Shown: positions 1 to 9,121 of the stretch, in pieces | Numbering within the stretch: position 1 is the first letter of the stretch | Layout: every line of letters starts with the position of its first letter | Source: Thermoanaerobaculia bacterium | GTDB lineage: Bacteria; Acidobacteriota; Thermoanaerobaculia; Multivoradales; Multivoraceae | Direction of reading: 5' to 3' | Length of the DNA: 64,000 nt | NCBI GenBank assembly: GCA_963664405.1 | Contig: OY761158.1 | Location: 1,440,001 to 1,504,000, forward strand | Translations under genes and position numbers: made by a program | The notes under the pieces: generated by a model | Database searches by the model: none | What the model was told of the DNA's origin: nothing | Seen by the model: the letters and a program-made list of their open reading frames with translations, nothing else

Positions 1-658
1 GGAGTTTGTCGAGGGTGGCGTGCCATCGGCCGTTGTAAAAGTAGCCGTCGGTACAGAAGAGAACCTTGGGCTCGATCTGCGGGAAGCGATCGAGAACCGC
101 GGCGACGCCGAAATCAGGAGAGGTCGTCGAGTACACGGCGCCTATCGAAGCCGTCGCCAACATCGCGACCACCGCCTCCGGAACGTTGGGCAAGAGCGCG
201 GCGACCCGATCGCCCTGTCGGACCCCCAACTCCGCCAATAGCGAGCTGAGAGCCGCCACCTCGCCACGAAGCTCGGCCCAAGACATCTCTCGTCGTGCGC
301 CGCTCTCACTACGAAAGATCAAGGCCGGACCAGCGAGATCCGGAGCCAGCAGATTCTCGGCAAAATTCAGCCGTGCCTCGGGGAACCAACGGGACCCGGG
401 CATCCGGTCGCCATCGACCAGAACGCTACTACCCCTCCCCGCCGCCCTGACTCCGCAGAAACGCCAGACTTGAAGCCAGAACTGTTCTCGGTTTTCGATC
501 GACCAACGGTGAAGATCGCCGTACCCGTCGAACGAACGACCAAGATTGGCCTCGGCTTTGGCGGTGAAGGCCGTCAACTGGGCCGCTGCAACGCGCTCCG
601 GCTGAGGGCGCCAAACCGGGGAGTGACTAGACCAGCGTTTCCAAAGTTCGTGCTGCAT
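1..658 (-). CDS. Acetoacetate--CoA ligase (AMP-binding enzyme), 5' part; runs off the window
   Basis: Manual translation (not in the ORF track): MQHELWKRWSSHSPVWRPQPERV...LHRWSIENREQFW...GDRVAALLPNVPEAVVAMLATASIGAVYSTTSPDFGVAAVLDRFPQIEPKVLFCTDGYFYNG. The ATG at 658 lies inside the palindromic element. Confidence 0.88.
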   Translation of the reverse strand, partial: MQHELWKRWSSHSPVWRPQPERVAAAQLTAFTAKAEANLGRSFDGYGDLHRWSIENREQFWLQVWRFCGVRAAGRGSSVLVDGDRMPGSRWFPEARLNFAENLLAPDLAGPALIFRSESGARREMSWAELRGEVAALSSLLAELGVRQGDRVAALLPNVPEAVVAMLATASIGAVYSTTSPDFGVAAVLDRFPQIEPKVLFCTDGYFYNGRWHATLDKL

Positions 659-792
659 AGCTCGAGGTCATTCTGTTCGCTGGCTAGGCGCGCTGACGCA
701 GGCATATTGGGCAATATGTCGAGGAGGCGAAACGACGCCAGCGGGCAGAAGGGCCCGAGATATGTGTGCGAACTTTGGAAACGCTGGTCTAG
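627..792. repeat. Palindromic element, subfamily A (166 bp, CTAG at both ends)
   Basis: Terminal inverted repeats CTAGACCAGCGTTTCCAAAGTTCG / CGAACTTTGGAAACGCTGGTCTAG; near-identical copies at 20964, 43958 and 55545. Confidence 0.95.
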
Positions 793-818
793 TGCTAGGC
801 AAACGAGACGCGTCCGGT

Positions 819-1547
819 TCAGCCGCCGGAAGCGAAGCCTGGCAGCAGAAACTTGACCCGCACCTGCGCCATCGCCTCGCTCGCATGGACTTGGGTCACG
901 GCGTCGTTGAGCTCCTGCCAGGATAGGTCGACAGCGATAGAGGTGCCGCAGCGATCCCGGCAAGCCTTCCAGCGCAACGTGCTCTTGCCATGGAAGCCCT
1001 CTCCTCGCAGCTTCCCGAGGCGCTCGTTGGTGCCGTAGTCGAGCCTCATGGTCAAACGCAGGTCATCGCCCGCCGGCTGCCAGCTGGGCTGGACAAAGAT
1101 CTTCCGGGCCTCCTCGACCCGCGCAAGATCGTCGCGGCTTTCGATCGCGGATCCGCCAATGATCCTGAAGCTCGCGATCGGTCGGAAACTGAGCTTCGCC
1201 GCAAGCGAAGTGGCCAGGAGCCTGCCCTCTGTCGGCTCCTGCCGCTTTTCCAAGCGCCGGTCCTCGAGAGAGTCCCAGGCGAGTGCGTGTTCTTGCGTAT
1301 TGCTCCCCTCCCGTTCCGAGTCGAGACGGAGAAACAGATCCCCGGTGAGCCCGCCCAACCAACCATCACCACCCAGGATGCACAAACCCTCGAACGCGCT
1401 CGACTCTCCCTCTTCGGTGAACAGAGCTCCAAACTCTCGAGCCTCTTGCGCCGTGGGATCGCCGAATGGATCGGCCGCGGCCGAGGTGCCGACCGACGTC
1501 AGCGCCAGGATGAGGAGAGCACTGTTCCTAAGGCGCGAGAAAGTCAT
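819..1547 (-). CDS. Hypothetical exported protein
   Basis: Signal-peptide-like N-terminus MTFSRLRNSALLILALTSVGTSAAA; no family recognised. Confidence 0.6.
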   Translation of the reverse strand: MTFSRLRNSALLILALTSVGTSAAADPFGDPTAQEAREFGALFTEEGESSAFEGLCILGGDGWLGGLTGDLFLRLDSEREGSNTQEHALAWDSLEDRRLEKRQEPTEGRLLATSLAAKLSFRPIASFRIIGGSAIESRDDLARVEEARKIFVQPSWQPAGDDLRLTMRLDYGTNERLGKLRGEGFHGKSTLRWKACRDRCGTSIAVDLSWQELNDAVTQVHASEAMAQVRVKFLLPGFASGG

Positions 1548-1647
1548 ATCGCGATGGTAGTTTACACCCTGGTCCAAGCTCCGGTCAGAGTCAGAGGGGT
1601 AGCGGGTCAAGGTGCGTGAAGCTTCTTGGAGCGCCGCGGCGCAGAAG

Positions 1648-3906
1648 CTACTGTTGGGTCATCTCTCGACGCACGCGGGCGCGGTCGAGCTCGTAGATCT
1701 CAAGCCCATCCAACTCCTCGGTAACCTCGAAGTGGAGCTTCGTGAAGCCGCCCTGAAATGGGAACGGGCCGACATAGTCGTCGGTGACGGCAGAGCCTGC
1801 GTCCTTGCCGACATCCATACCGGACATTCCGATAAACCGCAGGACCCACGGCACTCGACCCTCAATGTGGTCACCGCCGCGAGATCCAACGGTGACGGCT
1901 GCGCCCTCGTCGTCGCGCACGAAGTCCACTTCGACCACGCACTCGCCGGCGGGCAGAGCGGCTCGAAGAACATGGTGGTCACCGAAGAGGTTGTAGTCGA
2001 ACACGATCTCCGCGTCCTTCACATACCAGCTCAGACCCGTGTTGGCGGTACCCCAAGCGACCAACACTCCCTCTTCGTCACCTGTCGAACGATCGATCTG
2101 AGCCTCCATCCGCCAGCTCCGACCCGCAATCGCAGGCGCGGCCTCGTTGGGTAGCCGAGACATCGGAGGCAGGTAGCGATAGAGCTTTTCCGCGTGGGGA
2201 GTACCAGCCCTGCGCTCGCGGAAGGCCATGCCACTGAAGTCGTCATCCAGGGGCAGGACTCCGTGCTTCTCAGCCTCTGACCACCACAGCTGAACGAGCT
2301 CTTCTAGCTTCTCCGGATGTTCCCCGCCGAGGTTGCGCGCCTCGGAAAAGTCCTCGTCGACGTGATAAAGCTCCCACACGTCGTTCTCGAAGGGCTTATA
2401 AGCGCGGTGGTAGGTCACGGCCTTCCAGCCATCCGACCAGATCCCGCGATGGCCGAACATCTCGAAATACTGGACCTCCTTACGACTTCGCACCTGCGCG
2501 TCGCCGAAGGTATAGCCAAGTGAGATCCCGGCTATCGGCAGTTGGTCGCGCCCCTTGAAAACCGATGGCTGCTCGACGCCGGCCTGCTCGAGGATCGTCG
2601 GTGTCAAATCGGTGACATGGTGAAACTGATTCCTGATCGTCCCCCTGTCGCTGATGCGATCCGGCCAGTGAATGATAAGTGGGTCCCTGACGCCGCCACC
2701 GAAGGTGTTCTGTTTGTACCACTTGAGCGGTGTGTTGCCGACCTGGGCCCAGCCCCAGGGATAGTTCGAATGGGAGCTCCGCGTGCCGATCTCGTCAAGC
2801 CTGTCCTGAGCGGCATCGACATCTTCGCGTACCCCGTTGAAGAAGCGCATCTCGTCTACGACACCCGTCGCGAATCCTTCCTGGCTCGCCCCGTTGTCCG
2901 AGGTGACGATGAAGATCGTGTTGTCAAGCTCGCCAATCGACTCGAGAAAGTCAATAAGGCGCCCGATCTGAGCGTCGGTGTGGTCGAGAAACGCAGCGAA
3001 GGCCTCATTGAGTCGCGCCGCGAGCTTCTGCTCACCCTCGCTCAGCTCGTCCCAGGGCTTGACCCCACGGTTCCTCGGCGCCAGCTCGGTTCCTTCCGGA
3101 ATGATCCCGAGCTCGAGCTGCCGCTCAAAGTAGCGCTGGCGAATGACGTCCCAACCCTCGTCGTAACGGCCCCTGTACTTGTCTAGGTACTCCTGAGGCG
3201 CCTGATGGGGAGAGTGGGTGGCGCCCCAGGCGATATAGGAGAAGAAGGGGACATCGGGTCGGACCGACTTCGACTCGCGAATGAAGTCGATGGCTCGATC
3301 GGTCAGATCTTCCGACAGATGGTAGCCATCGTCAGTCTCTGAGCGGGGCTGGAGATGGTGGTTGTCGAAGGTGAGCTCGGGGTGGAACTGGTCGGTCTCA
3401 CCTTGGAGAAAGCCGTAGTAGCGATCGAAGCCTCGCTGGAGTGGCCAGTCGTCGAAGGGGCCGGCCACCGAAGTGTCGGCCATCGGGCACAGATGCCACT
3501 TTCCGATGCAATGGGTTGCGTAGCCGGCATCGTTCAGAAGCTCTGCGACAGTCGCGGCGTCATGACTGATGCGCCCGCGCATATTGGGATAACCGGTATC
3601 GAAGTTGGAGATACACCTCATCCCCACGGTGTGGTGATTGCGGCCGCTCAGCAACGAGGCTCTCGTCGGCGAGCACAGGGCCGTGGTGTGGAAGTTGTTG
3701 TAGCGAAGGCCGTTGCGAGCCAGTCTGTCGATATTCGGTGTTTCGATGTCGGAGCCATAGCAGCCGAAGTGGGCAAAACCGGTGTCGTCGAAGAGCATCA
3801 AAACGACGTTCGGTTTGCCCTCCAACTCAGGTGGCTCAGGCCACCAAGGTGTCGATTCATCCGCCGTGCTGGCAATAACGCCACCGAAATCTTCACGTTC
3901 TCCCAT
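1648..3906 (-). CDS. Arylsulfatase (formylglycine-dependent)
   Basis: PNVVLMLFDDTG, CSPTRASLLSG (CxPxR), GKWHL, HSPHQ and SDNG motifs. Confidence 0.93.
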   Translation of the reverse strand: MGEREDFGGVIASTADESTPWWPEPPELEGKPNVVLMLFDDTGFAHFGCYGSDIETPNIDRLARNGLRYNNFHTTALCSPTRASLLSGRNHHTVGMRCISNFDTGYPNMRGRISHDAATVAELLNDAGYATHCIGKWHLCPMADTSVAGPFDDWPLQRGFDRYYGFLQGETDQFHPELTFDNHHLQPRSETDDGYHLSEDLTDRAIDFIRESKSVRPDVPFFSYIAWGATHSPHQAPQEYLDKYRGRYDEGWDVIRQRYFERQLELGIIPEGTELAPRNRGVKPWDELSEGEQKLAARLNEAFAAFLDHTDAQIGRLIDFLESIGELDNTIFIVTSDNGASQEGFATGVVDEMRFFNGVREDVDAAQDRLDEIGTRSSHSNYPWGWAQVGNTPLKWYKQNTFGGGVRDPLIIHWPDRISDRGTIRNQFHHVTDLTPTILEQAGVEQPSVFKGRDQLPIAGISLGYTFGDAQVRSRKEVQYFEMFGHRGIWSDGWKAVTYHRAYKPFENDVWELYHVDEDFSEARNLGGEHPEKLEELVQLWWSEAEKHGVLPLDDDFSGMAFRERRAGTPHAEKLYRYLPPMSRLPNEAAPAIAGRSWRMEAQIDRSTGDEEGVLVAWGTANTGLSWYVKDAEIVFDYNLFGDHHVLRAALPAGECVVEVDFVRDDEGAAVTVGSRGGDHIEGRVPWVLRFIGMSGMDVGKDAGSAVTDDYVGPFPFQGGFTKLHFEVTEELDGLEIYELDRARVRREMTQQ

Positions 3907-3966
3907 ATGCCTGACGTTAGCCCCCATAGATCTCTCGAGCAAGGCCGCGCCCTGCCGGGCCGAATG

Positions 3967-6643
3967 TCAATCGATGGGGACCAGCTGCGCCAGGCGGTCG
4001 AACCAGTTCAGATACACCTGAAACCAGGTGGTTTCGGCCCCTGCCTCGGCGCGCACCATGAGGAAGCGATCGTCGGCCGATATGTCGTAGTTCGGGTTTC
4101 CCCAGGGGTCGCTGGCATAAGCCGCCTCGAACAGGACCCGCGCGGGCTCCGCCCGGAAGCGGCCATCCTCGGACGACACGCCCACCGCCATCATCTGGTC
4201 GCCGTTTCGAAAGAAGAGCTCGCCTCCGTCGCGACGCCATGACGGCTCGCGGCCGCCCTCGGTCGAGATCAGGAGCTTGCCTCCGGGGCCGGGATAGGCC
4301 TGCACATAGACCTCGTCACGGCCCGACTCGTCAGAGACGTAGGCGAGCCAGTTGCCGTCGGGAGAGAACATGGGCGACCGCGCTGAAACGCGTAGTCAAG
4401 AAGGGAGAAGCTTCGCCGTCGATGCTACCGACCCAGATATCGCGCCCGGTCTCGCTGCTGATGGCGTAGTAGGCAATTCGCTCCCCGTCCGGCGACCACG
4501 AAAAAGGGTGATTCTCGATCAAGCTCTCGAGGAGTTGTTCGGTTGCACCGCTGCCGTCGCTACTCTTCCAGTGAATATTCACAGTCGGGCTGAGGTTCGA
4601 AGAGAACGCGAGTCGCTCCCCATCCGGAGTCCAGATTGCGCGGCGGTTCGATGTACCTTGGGTAGTGACTCGGGTGTTCGCGCCACGCTCGAGGTCGATC
4701 ACCCAGATGTCGTCGCCCGCCTCCGAGGCGAGCGTCACAGCAACGCCGCTGCCGTCGGGAGCGATTCGAGGGAACGCGCCTCGGCTCTGCCCCATGTCCG
4801 GGCCGAGTGAGGATTCCACGCCGTCGGGGCTCACCCAGACCAGCGTGCCTTCCGGCGTCGCATCCATGGCACTGTGGGGAACGTAGACCAGAGTACCGTT
4901 GTCTGCGACTGCAATCTGAGCCGGCCCGCCTGTCGTCACGCGCTCGTCGGTGAGCACTGGGACCGGCGGCACCGTGATCTCGGCGAGCGCGGTGTCGAAG
5001 GGGGTCGCCCAGAGCGAATCCTCGCGCGCAAAGATGAGATGGCCGGTGGCAAGATAGTTCGGCGCGGCGCCGTCACCGAGGATGCGAACCTCGCCACCGG
5101 CGAGAGGAACGAGGGCTATGCGACTCGTTCGCGAGCCCTCCCAGATGCTGAAGAGTACGGTGGTGCCATCGGGAAGGATCTGAGGCGAGTTGTGGGCCAC
5201 CTGGCCCGCCGCCTCGTCGAGAGCGGTGACCGCAAGGAGCTCGCCGCCGGCGTCGGGAACTCGAAGCAGTCCCCTGCTACCGCCAATAACGATCGTTCCG
5301 TCCTGGCCCCAGGCTCCGGTACTGCCGGTACCCTGCACACTCGCGAGAGTGACGGGCTGCCCTCCCGCGAGCTCCACTTTCTTTAGCAATCCGTCGGCGA
5401 AGAAAGCCACCCAGGCCCCGTCCGGCGAAAAGAAGGGGCTCATTGCACCCTCGGTGCCGCGCAGAGCCACCGCCTCCAGTTGATCGATCGGTCGCCGGGC
5501 AAGCTCGGTGACCTCACCCGCGAAGCGTACATACACGAGATCGCTACCGTCCGGCGAAAGCGCGAACACCCGGCTACCGTCGAGAACGGAACGGGCCGTA
5601 AGCACTTGGCGGCCCTGCGGATAAGGGATCGCCAGTCTCGCTGGGCGCGCAGCCTCTCCACCTCGCGGTTGCTGCGTAAAGCTCCACACCGCCAAGCCGG
5701 CGAGTACGGCGCCAACGATCGCCGCGGCGGCGGCTGGTTTCCAGGCCTTCCGTCCTCCGCCCTCGCGCTGGCGAGCCGCCGCCACGACTTCGGTGGCTCT
5801 GGTCCACTCGAGCTCCATCCTCAAATCTGCAGCGCTCTGCCAGCGTTCCCTGGGATCTTTCGCCAGGCAGGCACTGACCAGATGAGAGAGCGCCGGATCC
5901 AGACCGGGTTCGAGATCGGAAAGGAGCGGGGGGTGGCGCTCGAGGATGGCGGCGATCGCGCTGGCCTGGTTCTCCGCCGAGAACGCCTTCTGCCCGGAGA
6001 TCATCTCGTGAAGCATGGCGCCGAAAGAGAAAATGTCGCTGACCGCCTCGGCGTCGCCACTCTGGAGCTGCTCCGGCGCCATGTACTGCAGAGTGCCAAG
6101 GATCAATCCCTGGCTGGTGAGAGGCTGGACAACGGTCGGAGCCGAGGAGTCCGTCGAGGGCGCCACGTCGAGACCGGTGCTCTTTGCCAGCCCGAAGTCG
6201 AGGAGCTTGGCGCCCTTCCGCGTGAGCATGATGTTGCCAGGCTTCAAATCACGATGCACGACCCCACGGCCATGCGCCTGGTCGAGCGCATCGGCCACCT
6301 CGATGGCGATCCGCAGTGCCTCGGCGCGCGGGAGCCGTCCGCGCTCGAGCCGCTCGGCCAGGGATTCGCCTTCGAGCAACTCCATGACCAGAAAGAGGAC
6401 ACCCCCCTCGTGGCCGATGTCGTAGAGCGTGCAGATGTGTGGATGGGAAAGACTCGAGATCGCCTTCGCCTCGCGCTCGAGGCGCTGGCGCATCTCGTCG
6501 TCCTGGGAAAGCTCGCGCGGCAGCACCTTCACTGCGACGTCGCGGTCGAGACGAGTGTCGCGAGCACGATAGACCTCTCCCATTCCGCCAGCTCCCAGGG
6601 CGGAGAGAATCTGGTAAGGCCCGAGTCGAGTACCGCTTTCCAT
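3967..6643 (-). pseudogene. Ser/Thr protein kinase with TM helix and TolB/PD40 beta-propeller, frameshifted near 4375-4385
   Basis: GAGGMGEVY, HRDLKPGN, DFGLAK and YMAPE motifs; repeated SPDG propeller motifs. The last blades (MFSPDGNWLAYVSDESGRDEVY...) continue in another frame (3967..4371). Real lesion or assembly indel. Confidence 0.85.
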
Positions 6644-6657
6644 TGAGTCGCGGGCTC

Positions 6658-8217
6658 CTAAGAAGTCTCGAGAGCGGTGTGGGCTGGCGATGGCGACGGC
6701 TCTGCCATCGCTTCGAGGAGCGAGTCGAGGTCCTGTTGAGAGGGCAAGGACCACCTCTCTTCGTAGTTGAAGACGTCTGCGAGAGTCCTGGCCGTGAAGC
6801 CGTCGTCGAGGATCTCGAAATGCTCGTTCGAGATGAACGCAGGATGAGCAACACCGCAGGCGTGACACAGCTGCAGCAGATTCTTGCGCATCGTGACTAG
6901 GTAGTTGGCGAGCCGAGCCGCCTTCAGCTCAGGATCGAGCCCCCGCATCAGCCAGCGATTCTGGGTCGCGACTCCGGTAGGGCATCGGCCTGTGTGGCAT
7001 CGCTGAGCCTGAATGCAGCCGAGGGAGATCATCGCCTCTCGGCCGACATTGACCATGTCGCAGCCGAGTCCGAAGGCGAACAGAGCCTTCTCCGGAAAAC
7101 CGAGCTTGCCGGATCCTATAAAGACCACGCGCTCGGCGAGATCGCGCTCGGAGAAGACTCGGAAAACTCTCGAGAACGCTAGCTTGAAAGGAAGGGCGAC
7201 ATGGTCGGTGAAGGCGAGCGGCCCAGCCCCGGTGCCCCCTTCTCCCCCGTCGATGGCGATGAAGTCGACGCCTCGATCACCTTCACTCATCAGCTGCGCC
7301 AGCTCGGTCCAGAACGCCAACTGCCCTACGGCCGACTTGATCCCGACCGGCAATCCGGTCTCTTCTGCGAGCATCTCGACAAAGTCGAGCAGCCCATCGG
7401 GCCCCGTGAACGCCTGGTGGAAGGGTGGGCTCACGCAGTCACAGTCCCGAGAGATCTTCCGGATCGAGGCGATCTCGGCAGTGATCTTTTCTTTGGGCAG
7501 CAGCCCACCCAGCCCCGGCTTGGCCCCCTGGCTGAGCTTGACCTCGAGAGCGCGGACCGGCCCTGAAGCCACCATTTCTTTGAGCAGACCGAGATCGAAA
7601 GAACCGCTGTCATCACGGCATCCGAAGTAGCCAGTGCCGATCTGGCAAATCAGGTCGCCACCGTGAAGATGATGGCTGCTGACCCCGCCCTCGCCGGTGT
7701 TCTGGAGACAGCCGGCGAGTTTGCTGCCGCCATTCAGGGCTTCGACCGCGCGGCCGCTGAGCGAGCCGAAGCTCATTCCCGAGACGTTGACCACCGAGGC
7801 GGGCCGGAAGGCGAAGCGTCGACCGCGCGCGCCTCCCAATACCTTCGCCGCGGGTAGCGGGTATCCGAGGCTCTCTTCCCCCCCCGGGTGCTCCGCGCCC
7901 ACTTGGGAACCGAGAGAGCAATGTTTGATGATCAGATAGTTGGGACTCTGCTCCAGGTCGTTGTCGGTGCCGAAGCCGAAATAGTTGTTTTCCTTCTTCG
8001 ACGACGCGTAGATCCAGCGCCGCTGGTCCCGACTGAAGGGCCTTTCTTCGTCGTTGTCGGTGACGATGTACTGGCGCAGCTCCGGCCCTACGGCCTCGAG
8101 TAAATAGCGAAAGTGGCCAACGACAGGAAAGTTACGCAGGACCGCGTGGCGCCGCTGCACCAGGTCGTAGACGACTACGGCGCCAAGGATTGCTAGGAGT
8201 GCTGCAGCCAACAACAT
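6658..8217 (-). CDS. FMN-binding glutamate synthase family protein
   Basis: GMSFGSLS, NTGEGG, EVKLSQGAKPG, IDGGEGGTGA motifs and the 3Fe-4S motif CIQAQRCHTGRCPTGV. Confidence 0.93.
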   Translation of the reverse strand: MLLAAALLAILGAVVVYDLVQRRHAVLRNFPVVGHFRYLLEAVGPELRQYIVTDNDEERPFSRDQRRWIYASSKKENNYFGFGTDNDLEQSPNYLIIKHCSLGSQVGAEHPGGEESLGYPLPAAKVLGGARGRRFAFRPASVVNVSGMSFGSLSGRAVEALNGGSKLAGCLQNTGEGGVSSHHLHGGDLICQIGTGYFGCRDDSGSFDLGLLKEMVASGPVRALEVKLSQGAKPGLGGLLPKEKITAEIASIRKISRDCDCVSPPFHQAFTGPDGLLDFVEMLAEETGLPVGIKSAVGQLAFWTELAQLMSEGDRGVDFIAIDGGEGGTGAGPLAFTDHVALPFKLAFSRVFRVFSERDLAERVVFIGSGKLGFPEKALFAFGLGCDMVNVGREAMISLGCIQAQRCHTGRCPTGVATQNRWLMRGLDPELKAARLANYLVTMRKNLLQLCHACGVAHPAFISNEHFEILDDGFTARTLADVFNYEERWSLPSQQDLDSLLEAMAEPSPSPAHTALETS

Positions 8218-8260
8218 TTCGATGCCTTTCGTCCTCTTCCAACCCGCAAAGTGGTAACCA

Positions 8261-9121
8261 TCATTTCCCTTCGTTCGCTCGAACCACCAGCAACGAGCAG
8301 GCAGACTCGAGCACGGCGTCGCCGGATCCGCCAAGAAGAACAGGCGTGTCGGCCGGCAATACTAGAAGATGGTGCCGGAACAGGCCTAGGGTCGGGGCGA
8401 CATCGGCACCTCCCGGACTCGCGATCGGGCGAAGCCTGACGCGCAGCCCGCTCGCCCGAGCCCACTCTTCGACCTCTTGACGAAGGTCCCGAGACGACGC
8501 CTCTTCAGCGTGGGGCACGAGGACGCAGATCTCGACTTTGCTACCACGTCCGAGCTGGTCAACCAGCGCCAGCGCGCGGCGCGAGGCAGAGCCGCCGTCA
8601 TAGAGAACGGCGATCGGCAAATCTCGAAGGCGGCCGCTTCGGTGAATCAGCGTCAAGCCCCTATCGCGACGCAGCACCTCCGCTGTGGTCGCAATTCGGC
8701 GGCGATCGATGCCCGAGCTCCAGCGCTCACGGCCAATGGCGATCGCATCCCCATCACTCGAGGCGGCTAGCACCTCGGCCGCGACATCTCCCTCGGCGAC
8801 GCTCCACGACCACTTCACCCGGCGCCCCTCGGCGACCCGCTGAAGCGTAAGCCGAGCCTGCTCCGCCCGCGCGCGCAGCTCGAGCTTCAGCCGGTCAGTA
8901 TCCCAGGGCTGAACCTGCCCGCTCTCCATCAAGAGCTCCGTAGTCAGGGGGTGCTCGGCCAAGCTTCGCAAACCAGCTCCCACGACGAAAAGGCCGCGAA
9001 GCTCGGCGTGAAACGCCACCGCCAGCTCGACCGCCGCCGCTACAGCCTCCTGATTGCCCGAGCCATGATCGACGGCAACCACGACATGCCGGATTCGGCC
9101 TTGCTCCTGAGCCTCGCTCAT
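8261..9121 (-). CDS. Universal stress protein (two-domain)
   Basis: IRHVVVAVD N-terminus and ACSLLVV C-terminus; overlaps the stop of the upstream Lon-like gene. Confidence 0.75.
   Translation of the reverse strand: MSEAQEQGRIRHVVVAVDHGSGNQEAVAAAVELAVAFHAELRGLFVVGAGLRSLAEHPLTTELLMESGQVQPWDTDRLKLELRARAEQARLTLQRVAEGRRVKWSWSVAEGDVAAEVLAASSDGDAIAIGRERWSSGIDRRRIATTAEVLRRDRGLTLIHRSGRLRDLPIAVLYDGGSASRRALALVDQLGRGSKVEICVLVPHAEEASSRDLRQEVEEWARASGLRVRLRPIASPGGADVAPTLGLFRHHLLVLPADTPVLLGGSGDAVLESACSLLVVRANEGK

Noticed and set aside
668-670. Selenocysteine readthrough of the TGA inside the A element
   Set aside because: The codon is not at a catalytic position, no SECIS-like hairpin is evident, and a restart ATG follows.
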